This document shows, piece after piece, positions 39,418 to 49,253 of a DNA stretch of 64,000 bases; position 1 is the first letter of the stretch; every line of letters starts with the position of its first letter. The stretch comes from Actinomycetota bacterium (lineage in GTDB: Bacteria > Actinomycetota > Geothermincolia > Geothermincolales > RBG-13-55-18). A program made the position numbers and the translations under genes. Where the stretch lies: NCBI GenBank assembly GCA_015711955.1, contig MU158684.1, positions 11,815 to 75,814 on the forward strand, in the 5' to 3' direction. The notes beneath the pieces are model-generated. The model saw only the letters and a list, made by a program, of their open reading frames with translations, was not told the origin of the DNA and made no database searches.

Positions 39418-40176
39418 TTATACCCGGCAGGCGGACTGGTTGATCAGGTGGGCGATGAAGCCGGCGCCGAAGCCGTTGTCGATGTTGACCACCGCGACCC
39501 CCGGGGCACAGGAATTGAGCATGGTGAGAAGGGGGGCCAGTCCGCCGAATTGGGCCCCATAGCCTACCGAGGTGGGCACGGCGATCACGGGACACGCCAC
39601 CAGTCCGCCCACCACGCTGGCCAAAGCCCCCTCCATGCCCGCCACCACCACTATGACGTTCGCCTTCTCCAGAGACGGCAGATGGGCCAACAGGCGGTGC
39701 ACCCCGGCCACCCCCACGTCGTACAACCTTTCCACCGCGTTGCCCGTGATCTCGCAAACGGCACATGCCTCTTCCGCCACGGGGATGTCGGCGGTACCGG
39801 CGCTCATGACGACCACCTTCCCCCGGGGCTCTTGCTTCTCCCTCCAGACCAAAATGGTTCGGGCCCTTTCCCGATACTCCGCCTGCGGGCAAATGTCCAT
39901 AATCCCTCGGTAGACCTCCGGTCCTGCCCTGGTGAGGATGAGGTTTCCCCGGGAATGGGTGAGCAGCTCTTTCAGGATGGCCCGGATCTCGTTCAGCTCT
40001 TTGCCCTGGCAGAACACCACCTCAGGTATGCCCTTTCGTATCTCCCGGTGGTGATCCACCTTGGCAAAATCCAGCTCTGCGTAGGGGAGGCGAACCAGCG
40101 TTTGTTCGGCCTCTTCCACGGAGATCTCGCCGCGCTTTATCTTTTCCAAGAGCGCACGGATCTCTTCCTTCTTCAT
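39418..40176 (-). CDS. larB: Nickel pincer cofactor biosynthesis protein LarB
   Basis: MKKEEIRALLEKIKRGEISVEEAEQTLVRLPYAELDFAKVDHHREIRKGIPEVVFCQGK ... VMSAGTADIPVAEEA ... DVGVAGVHRLL ... VPTSVGYGAQFGGLAPLLTMLNSCAPGVAVVNIDNGFGAG. Confidence 0.93.
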   Translation of the reverse strand: MKKEEIRALLEKIKRGEISVEEAEQTLVRLPYAELDFAKVDHHREIRKGIPEVVFCQGKELNEIRAILKELLTHSRGNLILTRAGPEVYRGIMDICPQAEYRERARTILVWREKQEPRGKVVVMSAGTADIPVAEEACAVCEITGNAVERLYDVGVAGVHRLLAHLPSLEKANVIVVVAGMEGALASVVGGLVACPVIAVPTSVGYGAQFGGLAPLLTMLNSCAPGVAVVNIDNGFGAGFIAHLINQSACRV

Positions 40177-40626
40177 GAAACCCCTCCTCGCCCCCAATTG
40201 GTAATCCCGCAATGATCTATATGAGGAAGATTATAGGACAACGGAACAGGCGCTGGAACCGGGCTGCTGAACCAGCACGGATGAGGTGTTCCACCGCGGC
40301 AGGCTCGCGAGACTCTAAAAGGGCCCGCTCAACATCCAATATATGGTAAGGCACGATGTCGTGAGAATTGCAAGCCATCTGGTTATGAGCTCTGGCGTAG
40401 TTATTGCGGCGAGGGACGGAACACAGCTGTCCTGAGAGACGAAAGTTTGGGCATGGCGGCCAATTTAGGCAGAGCTAAACTCGCCACCCTCGGAAGACCG
40501 CCCGAAATGGTTTTCCACGGCGTTGTTATTTGAAAAAACGGGGGCAGCAGTGAAGCTCGCTTCAGAAAGGATTTTTTAAGAGGAAAGCCCTTTGCGCCCT
40601 GCAGCCCCCGTTCCCGTCCTCCGCGA

Positions 40627-40899
40627 TTACCTCAAATCTCTCATTGAGCGGCTTTGCACCTTCGGTCTTGCTTGGTTGACCTTTATGAGCCTGCCCTCGA
40701 ACTCCTTGTTGTCCAGCTCCGCGATGGCAGTCCTGGCTTCGTCGTCATTGGGCATCTCCACGAAGCCGAAGCCACGGCTCCTGCCGGTCTCGCGGTCACG
40801 GATGATGTTGACATCTCCCACCTCTCCATAGGCCTCGAAAAGCCTACGGAGACCTTCCTCGGTGGATGCGTAGTTCAGGTTGCCGACGTAGATGTTCAT
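40627..40899 (-). CDS. RNA-binding protein (RRM domain)
   Basis: MNIYVGNLNYASTEEGLRRLFEAYGEVGDVNIIRDRETGRSRGFGFVEM: RNP1/RNP2 motifs. Confidence 0.93.
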   Translation of the reverse strand: MNIYVGNLNYASTEEGLRRLFEAYGEVGDVNIIRDRETGRSRGFGFVEMPNDDEARTAIAELDNKEFEGRLIKVNQARPKVQSRSMRDLR

Positions 40900-41056
40900 G
40901 GGCGCTAACTCATCTCCTTTCCGTCCGCTCCCCGCTCCTGCACCGAAACCAAACACGGGGAGGATGCCCCAAAAGCATCTCCCCAATTGTAAACAATATG
41001 AGTCGATTTGGCAAAGGCGATTCCCCGAAATAGGCAAACCCTGAGCCTTTAGTTCG

Positions 41057-41278
41057 TCAAGGGCTTCCCAGTTGCCTGTGTCTGGATATGGGCCTGGGTA
41101 TCTCGCTCACCGGTTTCGAGCTGTCCTGATAGCATCCCCCTTTCTTTGAGGATTCTTGGATGCGACGCCTGATGGTCTTGTCCAGGAATTCCAAAGCGGC
41201 GGATCCGTCACCGTCTATGACAATCCTTTCCAGCTCCATCCTCTCTTCCTCGGTTATGGATATGACCCAGTTTTTCAT
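41057..41278 (-). CDS. Small hypothetical protein
   Basis: MKNWVISITEEERMELERIVIDGDGSAALEFLDKTIRRRI...; SD-like ggaggg upstream. Confidence 0.5.
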   Translation of the reverse strand: MKNWVISITEEERMELERIVIDGDGSAALEFLDKTIRRRIQESSKKGGCYQDSSKPVSEIPRPISRHRQLGSP

Positions 41279-41419
41279 CTTTCCCTCCGGTTCTCACTAA
41301 TGCCCTTATGGCCCCGCTGAGTCACGCAAGAGAATCATAAGCGTGAACCTTCCACAACATCTCGCTTTAATTGCATATTTTTATTTGCGACCATGATTTG
41401 GAAAATACCATTGGACAGA

Positions 41420-42313
41420 TCACATCAAACCTGAGCGTTGCAGCGTTTCCTTTACTTTCGTGGACATCCCTTCATCGATGGAGGGCAAGGGCTTTTTCAC
41501 CACGGTCTTCACTGGATGTCCCAAAAGCCGCAGAGCTTCCTTGATCATGGCGTGCGGTGACGGTGAAGCCAACAGAGGGGCTAAAGTTCTCACCTCATCC
41601 TGTAACTCCGATGCCTTTTTCCATTCTTCTGCCCGTAGGGCGCGGAACAGATCCACTGAGGTTTCGGGGATGATGTTAGGGATGGGGCATATTGCCCCAC
41701 ATGCCCCTACCGCCATGGCTTCCGTCAGGTTGAGGGTGGTTCCGGTCAGGGTACAGAACCCTTCGTCGGTCAGCTGGGCCAATCTGCCAATCTCTTCCAT
41801 GTCGAATATGGTTTCCTTCGCCCCGGTGATCCATCCCTCGGCTGCCATGGAAGCGATGGCCTCCGGGGATAGTTCGATGCCGGTATGGGATGGGAAGTTA
41901 TAGTAAAGAAGGGGGATTTTGGTGGAGGTGGCGAGCTCACGGTAAAAATCCAACACTTCCCTCTCGCTCAGAGGATAGAAACGATGCAGCGCCACCAGGG
42001 CAGCATCGGCGCCGGCTTTTTCGGCATGAATTGTCATCTCAAGGGCATCATCCAGACCTCTTTCGTTTATGCCCACCACGACGGGTACCCTACCCGCACA
42101 CGTCTCCACCACCATTTCCACGATCTTCTTGCGGTCTTCCTCTCTTATGTAGGGACATTCCCCATTGCTTCCCAGCACCAGGATCCCTTGGATCCCGCGA
42201 GATATGAGGAATTCGGCGAAGTAGGTCATTGCCCTTTCGTCCACCTCGCCGCCCTCGTCAAAGAATGAGGGTAGAACCGCCACTATCCCTTCGATTCTAA
42301 CTCTATCTCTCAC
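41420..42313 (-). CDS. Dihydrodipicolinate synthase/N-acetylneuraminate lyase family protein
   Basis: GIQGILVLGSNGECPYI, YYNFPSHTGIELS, GAKETIFD, FCTLTGTT motifs. Confidence 0.9.
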   Translation of the reverse strand: MRDRVRIEGIVAVLPSFFDEGGEVDERAMTYFAEFLISRGIQGILVLGSNGECPYIREEDRKKIVEMVVETCAGRVPVVVGINERGLDDALEMTIHAEKAGADAALVALHRFYPLSEREVLDFYRELATSTKIPLLYYNFPSHTGIELSPEAIASMAAEGWITGAKETIFDMEEIGRLAQLTDEGFCTLTGTTLNLTEAMAVGACGAICPIPNIIPETSVDLFRALRAEEWKKASELQDEVRTLAPLLASPSPHAMIKEALRLLGHPVKTVVKKPLPSIDEGMSTKVKETLQRSGLM

Positions 42314-42598
42314 CGCGGGACCTCCCTTCCGTTAGTGCCTGAATGACCCGTATCGTTCGGGACGACGAGCGCCCTCTGGAATAGAATAAACCTGACTAGG
42401 GAAAGTAGCAGCTTTTGCGGGGGAGCCGTAGGTTTTCCGTGTCGCCCTATCGCGGGGTTGAATGGGCAGATCGGCGGCCCGTGCCGGACACGTACGGGCG
42501 GGCCATCCCCTAAGAGATGGCCTTGGGCCCATTTCTCTCTGAGTCGACATGGCCGTAGGTTCCAGGAGTGATCGCGGGGTCCTTGGAGGAGAAGAGGT

Positions 42599-43528
42599 GT
42601 GACGCGCCACGCATGTTCGCTTCCATCGGGGTTCAGTGGTAGCACGGAGGGCCTGCGCAGGATCGCCTTGGGCTTGGCCGTCAACCTGGCGTTTACCGCT
42701 TTCGAGCTTTTGGCCGGGTTTCTCTCCCGGAGCATGGCCCTCTTGGGGGATGCCGGTCACAACTTCGCTGATTCACTGGCGCTGGTGCTGGCCCTCACCG
42801 CCGCCTATGCGGCTTCCATGCCCAGGACGGAGAAAAGGACCTTCGGGTATCACCGGTTGGGCATATTGGCGGCCTTCTTCAACTCCCTCCTCGTCGCGGG
42901 CTTGAGCCTTTTGCTCCTCGTAGGGGCTTTGGGAAGGTTGCGGGAGCCACCGGAGGTGAGGAGCCTGGTGGTCATGGCGGTGGCCGGGGCGGGTTTTTTG
43001 GTCAATGGATCGGTGGCGCTTTACCTGAGAAGAGGAGGAGATGACCTCAACCTCGAGGCGGCTTTCCTCCATCTCTTCGCCGACTCACTCGTTTCGCTTG
43101 CCGTTTTCGCGGGGGGAGCGATCACGGCCGTCACCGGCTGGTGGATTGTGGATCCCGCGCTCACCATGGCCTTGGCCGTCTTGGTCATGATCGCCGCTTC
43201 ACGGATATTGAAGGAATCAGTCCACGTGCTCATGGAGTCTGTGCCGCGAGGCCTCAATTATAGAGAGGTTCTCCGGGCCCTCGAGGGAATCGAGGGGGTG
43301 AAGGGCGTCCATGACCTTCACATCTGGGAAGTGGGATCCCGCATTTTCTCCCTTTCCGCCCACCTTGTGGTGGAGGACGCCCCCTTGAGCGCCCACCGAG
43401 AGGTGATAGACGAAGCCAAGAGGATGTTGCGGGAAAAGTACCGAGTGGTGCACGCCACCCTGGAACTGGAATCAGAGCCCTGCAGTCCCGGGGAATGTAA
43501 TTTCGGGCTCGAGCCTGATGGGGATTGA
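42599..43528 (+). CDS. Cation diffusion facilitator family transporter (N-terminus uncertain)
   Basis: ALLGDAGHNFADSLALVLAL ... LEAAFLHLFADSLVSLAVF ... VPRGLNYREV ... GVKGVHDLHIWEVGSRIFSLSAHL. Confidence 0.88.
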   Translation: MTRHACSLPSGFSGSTEGLRRIALGLAVNLAFTAFELLAGFLSRSMALLGDAGHNFADSLALVLALTAAYAASMPRTEKRTFGYHRLGILAAFFNSLLVAGLSLLLLVGALGRLREPPEVRSLVVMAVAGAGFLVNGSVALYLRRGGDDLNLEAAFLHLFADSLVSLAVFAGGAITAVTGWWIVDPALTMALAVLVMIAASRILKESVHVLMESVPRGLNYREVLRALEGIEGVKGVHDLHIWEVGSRIFSLSAHLVVEDAPLSAHREVIDEAKRMLREKYRVVHATLELESEPCSPGECNFGLEPDGD

Positions 43529-43743
43529 TTCAACCCAAGGCCTCACGCTGAGGTGAGGCTGCCGACCCCATGGAGGGAAGACCCCTTTCACGAACATGTC
43601 AGCTCAACGAACTCTAAGGGACGGTCCGACAAGCGGCCGATGGTTCATCCCTGAAGTAGGTTCCCGTCTTTTCTGGTTTGGTCGGGGGTAGCTCGCCGAA
43701 GGAGAATCGAGATGTCGTTTCGGCGCTGAAGCATCGTGGCGGC

Positions 43744-44832
43744 TCAAGAGATCACAAACCGCCTTTCTTTTTTCCTGACCTCTACGAAAAGATCGCCCCC
43801 TGCGTCGAGTTCCCACTCCACTTCCGAATCGAGATCGTAAGCTTTTTCGTAGCCTCCCTGGACCATACCGGCCAGCATAAGGTGGAGAGCGGGACTGGAT
43901 ACCCTCAAAAAGACGCCCTCTCTGCCTGCCCTGTATTCGAGCACTTCTCCCAGGCCTCGCAAGGCGAGCTGTTCCCGCACGCTCTTGTGGTCCGAGAGGT
44001 CGATGAACCTCAGGCCTTCCTTGGCGTTGCGTCTTTGGGCCTCCACCACTGCCCGGGGAATGGCCTCCCCCAATTCCCATTCCAGCGCCTGGAACACCGA
44101 GTCGAGCAGCCCCGGCCCCAGAAGGGCCATACGCCGTCCGGTCACGGTGTTCAGGATTATGCCGTTCTTGAGGTCCCATCGGTAACGTCGGTAGGCCTTC
44201 GGGGCTCCGCACGATGGGCAGCGAGGGAGGTTGACGTCTCCGCTGCGGGGAAAGTGGGCCTCCAGGCGGAGCCTTTCCTTGAGGACTTCGGGGTATCTAG
44301 TCCAGTAAGTGGTGAACTCGTAGAGTTTGGGCTCCACCTCATGGTAGCTCACAGAGTACTCCCCTCCTATCAGGCAGGCGATGACGCCGGCGAAGGCCCC
44401 GGCTGCCTCGAGGACCGAGAAAGGCCGGTATATGCGGATGGTGCAATAGTCGTCCTTTTTGCCTTCGTACTTGTAATCCAGGAAAGAGTATCTCCCGTAG
44501 CCGATGATATGGCAGAAATCGATTATGGGCATGGCCACCAGCGGTGGCTCCACCAGGCCTTCCCTGACGTTCTCCTTCACTTCCTCCGGTATCACGCTTT
44601 CCATGTAGAGCTGACATCCGCGAGCGGTGATGTTGACCACCAGATGATCGATGGGAAGGCCGGTGATCCTGCCGATGTGTTGGAAGAGGGGATCAATGAA
44701 CTCGCACTCCAGGAAAGCCACTCGCGCCCTTTCGTTCATGGACTGAACCATGGAGCCGTCCCGGAGCCAGCGGTGAGAGCGGGTGAAGGGCTCGGGAACT
44801 CCACATTCCCCGCACGTTCGGATCTCGTACAA
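43744..44832 (-). CDS. Conserved-looking hypothetical protein with N-terminal Cys pair and internal zinc-ribbon-like CPSCG
   Basis: MYEIRTCGECGVPEPFTRSHRWLRDGSMVQS ... LPRCPSCGAPKAYRRYRW; no family assigned with confidence. Confidence 0.6.
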   Translation of the reverse strand: MYEIRTCGECGVPEPFTRSHRWLRDGSMVQSMNERARVAFLECEFIDPLFQHIGRITGLPIDHLVVNITARGCQLYMESVIPEEVKENVREGLVEPPLVAMPIIDFCHIIGYGRYSFLDYKYEGKKDDYCTIRIYRPFSVLEAAGAFAGVIACLIGGEYSVSYHEVEPKLYEFTTYWTRYPEVLKERLRLEAHFPRSGDVNLPRCPSCGAPKAYRRYRWDLKNGIILNTVTGRRMALLGPGLLDSVFQALEWELGEAIPRAVVEAQRRNAKEGLRFIDLSDHKSVREQLALRGLGEVLEYRAGREGVFLRVSSPALHLMLAGMVQGGYEKAYDLDSEVEWELDAGGDLFVEVRKKERRFVIS

Positions 44833-45096
44833 CGCCTACAACCCCTTCCTTGCCCCTTCTTCCCGTATTGTTTTCTCGGCCTTTTGGTTCGACAAGTTAA
44901 TCCCATACGAGTATTTTCCCCCAGGGAGTCGGGGTCGTGGGTTTATGGTGAAAAATGGTTCGCGTGCCTGGGGAAGGGCGGAGCCAGGCGTGAGTGGCTT
45001 AATGGTCGTTGAGATCAAGTACGTCCATACGTAAAGACCTCAAGACCGAGAGGCGCAGGGGCTCATCCGTTTTGCCGGCCGTGATTTTCCGCCGAC

Positions 45097-45121
45097 AAAA
45101 AAACCCCGGGAAATCCCGGGA
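45097..45121 (-). terminator. Terminator downstream of tRNA-Asn
   Basis: On the minus strand: CCCGGGATTTCCCGGG followed by GTTTTTTT. Confidence 0.8.
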
Positions 45122-45150
45122 TGAACAAAAAGAGCGAAAAAGAACGGTTT

Positions 45151-45225
45151 TGGCTCCCCGGGAGGGACTCGAACCCCCAACCTAGTGGTTAACAGCCACC
45201 CGCTCTACCATTGAGCTACCGGGGA
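45151..45225 (-). tRNA. tRNA-Asn (anticodon GTT), CCA encoded
   Basis: TCCCCGGTAGCTCAATGGTAGAGCGGGTGGCTGTTAACCACTAGGTTGGGGGTTCGAGTCCCTCCCGGGGAGCCA folds as a cloverleaf. Confidence 0.95.
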
Positions 45226-45542
45226 ACTCGCAAGTCGGCTCATCGGATCGGGTCCGAATTTGGCCGGTATGAATTATATGATAACACCTTTCGCGCCTCA
45301 ACACCCGGGATTAACTGTCTTTTTCGTTTCTTCCGGCAAACGCAGGACGATTCCGTTCGGCAAGCACGATCACCCTTTCTTCCTCTCGAGATTGCTTGTT
45401 TTTCCAGGGTGACGAGATGGGCTCTCGTCTTTTTCAGCCCGGAAAGCGCTTACCGAGACGCTACGGCATCCTGTCGCTCGGTAGGGCGGGCCTTGGTTAC
45501 AAGACCCTAGAGCCGACTTGTGCGGGCGAGGCGTGTTTATAA

Positions 45543-45562
45543 TCGAGTGTGATCGAGTGTGA
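45543..45562. repeat. Tandem 10-mer TCGAGTGTGA x2
   Basis: Read directly: tcgagtgtgatcgagtgtga. Confidence 0.8.
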
Positions 45563-45631
45563 CTAAATGACTCGGACGAGACGATAGGTCTAGCCCTTGG
45601 GACAATAAGGAGAGAGGCGGGGATCAAGACG

Positions 45632-46171
45632 GTGGGTTCCATCGGCCTTATCTGCTTCGGGTCCTTCGATTACCGGGAGCTGAGCTTTCTCCCTTCCCGT
45701 CTGCGGGAGTTGTTGGGGCTGAAGGCCCTCTGGGCGGGGCATGTACCCTTGCCAGGCTCAGCCTACCGGCGCGCTCGGGGTCAGTACTTGGCCTCTGGGT
45801 TGCTGGAGTCCCTCACGGCTATGGGTGGCGATCATCTGAAGCTGTTGGGATTGACCGAAGAGGACCTTTATGCCCCCGGGCTTAATTTCGTCTTCGGGCA
45901 GGCCCAGTGGGGAGGGAGGTGTGCCGTGGTTTCCCTGGCGCGGCTTCGCCCCACTTTCTACGGTCTGCCCCACCGGGAGCGGCTCTTTTGTTCCAGGACG
46001 GTGAAAGAGGCGGTGCACGAGCTCGGCCACACCTTCATGCTCCCCCATTGTCCCAACCCCTATTGCGTCATGTGTTTTTCCAATTGTCTCGAGGATACGG
46101 ATCGCAAGTCGGAGGAGTTCTGCGCCGAGTGCCGCGAAATCCTCGATCGAACGCTCCGGGGATTGCGCTGA
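45632..46171 (+). CDS. Archaemetzincin family zinc metalloprotease
   Basis: VKEAVHELGHTFMLPHCPNPYCVMCFSNCLEDTDRKSEEFCAECR: HExxHxxxxxH plus Cys motif. Confidence 0.85.
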   Translation: MGSIGLICFGSFDYRELSFLPSRLRELLGLKALWAGHVPLPGSAYRRARGQYLASGLLESLTAMGGDHLKLLGLTEEDLYAPGLNFVFGQAQWGGRCAVVSLARLRPTFYGLPHRERLFCSRTVKEAVHELGHTFMLPHCPNPYCVMCFSNCLEDTDRKSEEFCAECREILDRTLRGLR

Positions 46172-46305
46172 GTAGGAGGTATCTCGCCTCCGGACCAGAA
46201 GGATGCGGCTCAAGGAGGCAAGGCAGGCGATTTACAGGCCAACCCCTCGGCGTGATCATGCGAGGTCAGATGGCCCGTGTGCCAGAGGGCTGGTAGAATA
46301 AACCC

Positions 46306-46851
46306 ATGAGACTCGAGGAGATAAGGGCCTGGACGGACGAGAACGCCAAGGCGATAGCGGATGTCCTTACCCTGATAAGGTTGGTTTGCGTCTTCCTCAT
46401 CTTGATTTGTGCCTTAACCACTTCCCGACACCTTCTTCCGCTGGTCATCTTGTTGACGCTTGTGGGATGGACCACCGATATATTGGACGGCAGGATGGCC
46501 CGTAGGGACAAGAGCGGGACCCGCACTTGGGTGGGGGACAACGACTTCGCGGTGGACATGGGCTTGATATATTCCGGTTTGGTTTATCTTATCTCCGCTC
46601 GCTTCCTTCCTTTCTGGCCCTTTTTGGTCTATGGGATCTACGCCGCCACTTGTGCCCTGATCTGGACCAAGAGGTCAGTGATGATGGGCCAAGCCGCTCC
46701 CATCGCGGCCGCCCCCATAGTGGTGGCCTTCGCGCACGAGCCTTTCTGGGGATGGGTTTTTCTTTGCTGGATAGCGGTGGCCCTCGCCCTGAATTGGAGG
46801 CGCTTCTTGGGCGTGGTGGGAGGCTTCATCAGCGACATGGAGAACGGGTGA
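46306..46851 (+). CDS. CDP-alcohol phosphatidyltransferase family protein
   Basis: DILDGRMARRDKSGTRTWVGDNDFAVD resembles the DGx2ARx8Gx3Dx3D motif (shifted/variant). Confidence 0.7.
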   Translation: MRLEEIRAWTDENAKAIADVLTLIRLVCVFLILICALTTSRHLLPLVILLTLVGWTTDILDGRMARRDKSGTRTWVGDNDFAVDMGLIYSGLVYLISARFLPFWPFLVYGIYAATCALIWTKRSVMMGQAAPIAAAPIVVAFAHEPFWGWVFLCWIAVALALNWRRFLGVVGGFISDMENG

Positions 46852-46858
46852 GGGGTGG

Positions 46859-47620
46859 ATGGCGAAGTCTTCCTCCGAGCATGAAGGCCCTCTCGGTGAC
46901 GGGCACTGCGGCCCCTCGGCCTCCGATGACGAGATGTATAAAAAACAGGTGGAGGCATTGGCCGAGGTGAGTCGGGCCATCGTCTCCGACCTTTACCTCG
47001 AGGACATCCTCAAGCTCATAGTGATGGTCACTGCCGAGCTTATGGGGTCTAAGATCGTTTCCATAATGCTGCTCGACGAGAAGACCGAGACGCTCCACAC
47101 CAAGGCCACCCAGGCGGTCAGCGAGGCATACCTGAAAAAACCCCCTTTGCCCTTGGGGAAGGGCATCGCCGGCTTGGCGGCCAAAGAGGGCCGACCCATC
47201 CAGGTCCTGGACGTGCGCCAGGATCCCCGCTATTTCAACAAGGAGATAGCGGAACGTGAGAACCTGTGCTCGCTTTTGAGTGTCCCCATGAAAGTGAAGG
47301 GCAAGGTCATCGGCGTGTTGAGCTGTTATACCTCCGCCCCCCACGTCTTCAGCGAGCACGAGGTGAACCTGCTCACCGCCCTGGCCAACCAGGCGGCGGT
47401 GGCCATAGAGAACGCCCAGCTCATGGTGAAGTCCCGCATCATCCAAGAGGAGCTGGAGACCCGTAAGCTGGTGGAGAGGGCCAAGGATATCCTGGCCCGT
47501 AACCTGGGGATTGACGGGGACCGGGCTTACCGACTGATGCAGAAACGCTCCATGGACACCAGGAAGAGCATGAGGGAGATAGCGGAGGCCGTCATCCTCG
47601 CCGACCTGAGCGAGAGATGA
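46859..47620 (+). CDS. GAF-ANTAR regulator (probable RNA-binding antiterminator)
   Basis: GAF domain LCSLLSVPMKVKGKVIGVLSCYTSAPHVFSEHEVNLLTALANQAAVAIENAQL followed by ANTAR-like RKLVERAKDILARNLGIDGDRAYRLMQKRSMDTRKSMREIAEAVI. Confidence 0.8.
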   Translation: MAKSSSEHEGPLGDGHCGPSASDDEMYKKQVEALAEVSRAIVSDLYLEDILKLIVMVTAELMGSKIVSIMLLDEKTETLHTKATQAVSEAYLKKPPLPLGKGIAGLAAKEGRPIQVLDVRQDPRYFNKEIAERENLCSLLSVPMKVKGKVIGVLSCYTSAPHVFSEHEVNLLTALANQAAVAIENAQLMVKSRIIQEELETRKLVERAKDILARNLGIDGDRAYRLMQKRSMDTRKSMREIAEAVILADLSER

Positions 47621-47649
47621 CGGCCTCCGAGCTATTTAGCGCTAAAGCC

Positions 47650-49230
47650 TCATCCCTTGAGTATTTTCCAGGCCTCCTCCTTGTCAAGCTCCATCACGTA
47701 AGGGATGCCAGATATCTCCGCCGCCTCCTTCGTGAGGGCCGCGATGTCGTCGCGGGTGATGTACTGCAGTGCGAACTTGCGTGCCCCGCACATCAGCTGG
47801 GCCAGGCCCTGGGCCAGCCTCTGGAAATAGGTGTAGACGCCTATGGCCCCGGCGGGCAGCCTGTCGAAGTCCTTGCCCAGCTTCTCCCTGAGCAAGACAC
47901 CCGTGTAGAAGATCTCTTCCATGGTTTTACCGTAACGCTCGAGGTAGACAGGTAAATCGCCCTCCTGGATCCTCTTGCCCACCGTCTTGCCCACCATGGC
48001 TGCGCACAGGGGACCCCTCGCCATGCCGATGGCCTTGACGTAGGGAGCTCCGAGGGCCAGTCCCTTGAAGATTTGGTCCTCGAGGACAAAGCCTCCGGCG
48101 AAGGCGATGGCCGGCACGTATTTGCCCTGTTTGGCAAGGTAATCCACGAACTGGTAGGTCAGACAACAGAGCTCCACCGTGGGTATGCCCCACTCGTTCA
48201 TCATCCTCCAAGGGCTCATCCCCGTCCCGCCCCCGGCGCCGTCTACGGTCAGCAGGTCGATGCGATGGTCCGAGGCGTACTTAACCGCCCGAGCCAGGTC
48301 CACCGGTCGATATGCCCCGGTCTTGAGGAAGATCCTCTTAGCGCCCATTTCCCGCAGTTCCTTGACGCTTTGGGCGAAACCCTCCTCGGTGACCATCCCC
48401 AGCCTGGAATGCCTTTCGAACTCCCTGATGCCGCCGGCGTTGTAGGCCTTGACCACGTCAGGATCGTCTGGGTCAGGAAGGACTATGTAACCTTTCTTTT
48501 TGAGCGAACGGGCCTTGTCGATGGAGCTGACCTTGACCTCGCCGCCGATGTCTTTCGCTCCCTGCCCCCATTTGAGTTCCACCGTCTCCACGCCGAGTTT
48601 GGTTATGACGTACTCGGGCACTCCCAGTTTGGTGTCCTCCACGTTGAACTGGACCACTACTTCGCCGTACCCATCTTGCTGCCACTCCCGGAAACACCGG
48701 ATGCGGTGTTCCATGTCAGGGGATCTCACCACCTTGCCGTTCTTTATCTCCGCCTGGTCGTCCATGCCGCATATGTTCTCCCCCACGGTTAGGACGCATC
48801 CGGAAAGGGCGACTCCGCCCGCCAGGCCCTCCCAGTTCCTCTTGGCCACCATGGTGGAGCCCAACCCGGGAACGACGATGGGGAGCCTCAGTTTTATGGG
48901 GTGTCGGTCGCCGATGGAGCTCTCCAGGTTGACGTTGGTGAATATCGCGTGATCGCTGTCGGCGGGCACGCCGTGGGCGCCTGCGGCGGTGCCCATGATG
49001 CTGAAGTGGGATAGGTCGATGGGGTAATCCTTCTCCGACGCGGCGGTGATTATGCCGAAAGGCTGTGGGTATATGAGTTCGGGTCCTCGATAGGCGGATT
49101 TGCCTATCTCGCACATCCCTATGCATCCCTCCACGCAGGTGGCGCACATTCCGCTGAAGGGGCTTATGCTGTCGGGGGTTCTGTTCTTTGACAGGGTCGC
49201 CGCGGAACGGTTGTACTTGCTCATGGTCAT
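47650..49230 (-). CDS. FMN-binding glutamate synthase family protein (GltB-like central domain, no amidotransferase domain)
   Basis: LRLPIVVPGLGSTMVAKRNWEGLAGGVALSGCVLTVGENICGMD ... VELKWGQGAKDIGG ... IDLLTVDGAGGGTGMSPWRMMNEWGIPTVELC ... AFAGGFVLEDQIFKGLALGAPYVKAIGMAR. Confidence 0.88.
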   Translation of the reverse strand: MTMSKYNRSAATLSKNRTPDSISPFSGMCATCVEGCIGMCEIGKSAYRGPELIYPQPFGIITAASEKDYPIDLSHFSIMGTAAGAHGVPADSDHAIFTNVNLESSIGDRHPIKLRLPIVVPGLGSTMVAKRNWEGLAGGVALSGCVLTVGENICGMDDQAEIKNGKVVRSPDMEHRIRCFREWQQDGYGEVVVQFNVEDTKLGVPEYVITKLGVETVELKWGQGAKDIGGEVKVSSIDKARSLKKKGYIVLPDPDDPDVVKAYNAGGIREFERHSRLGMVTEEGFAQSVKELREMGAKRIFLKTGAYRPVDLARAVKYASDHRIDLLTVDGAGGGTGMSPWRMMNEWGIPTVELCCLTYQFVDYLAKQGKYVPAIAFAGGFVLEDQIFKGLALGAPYVKAIGMARGPLCAAMVGKTVGKRIQEGDLPVYLERYGKTMEEIFYTGVLLREKLGKDFDRLPAGAIGVYTYFQRLAQGLAQLMCGARKFALQYITRDDIAALTKEAAEISGIPYVMELDKEEAWKILKG

Positions 49231-49253
49231 GGCTCAGATTCCTCCTCTCCTGA

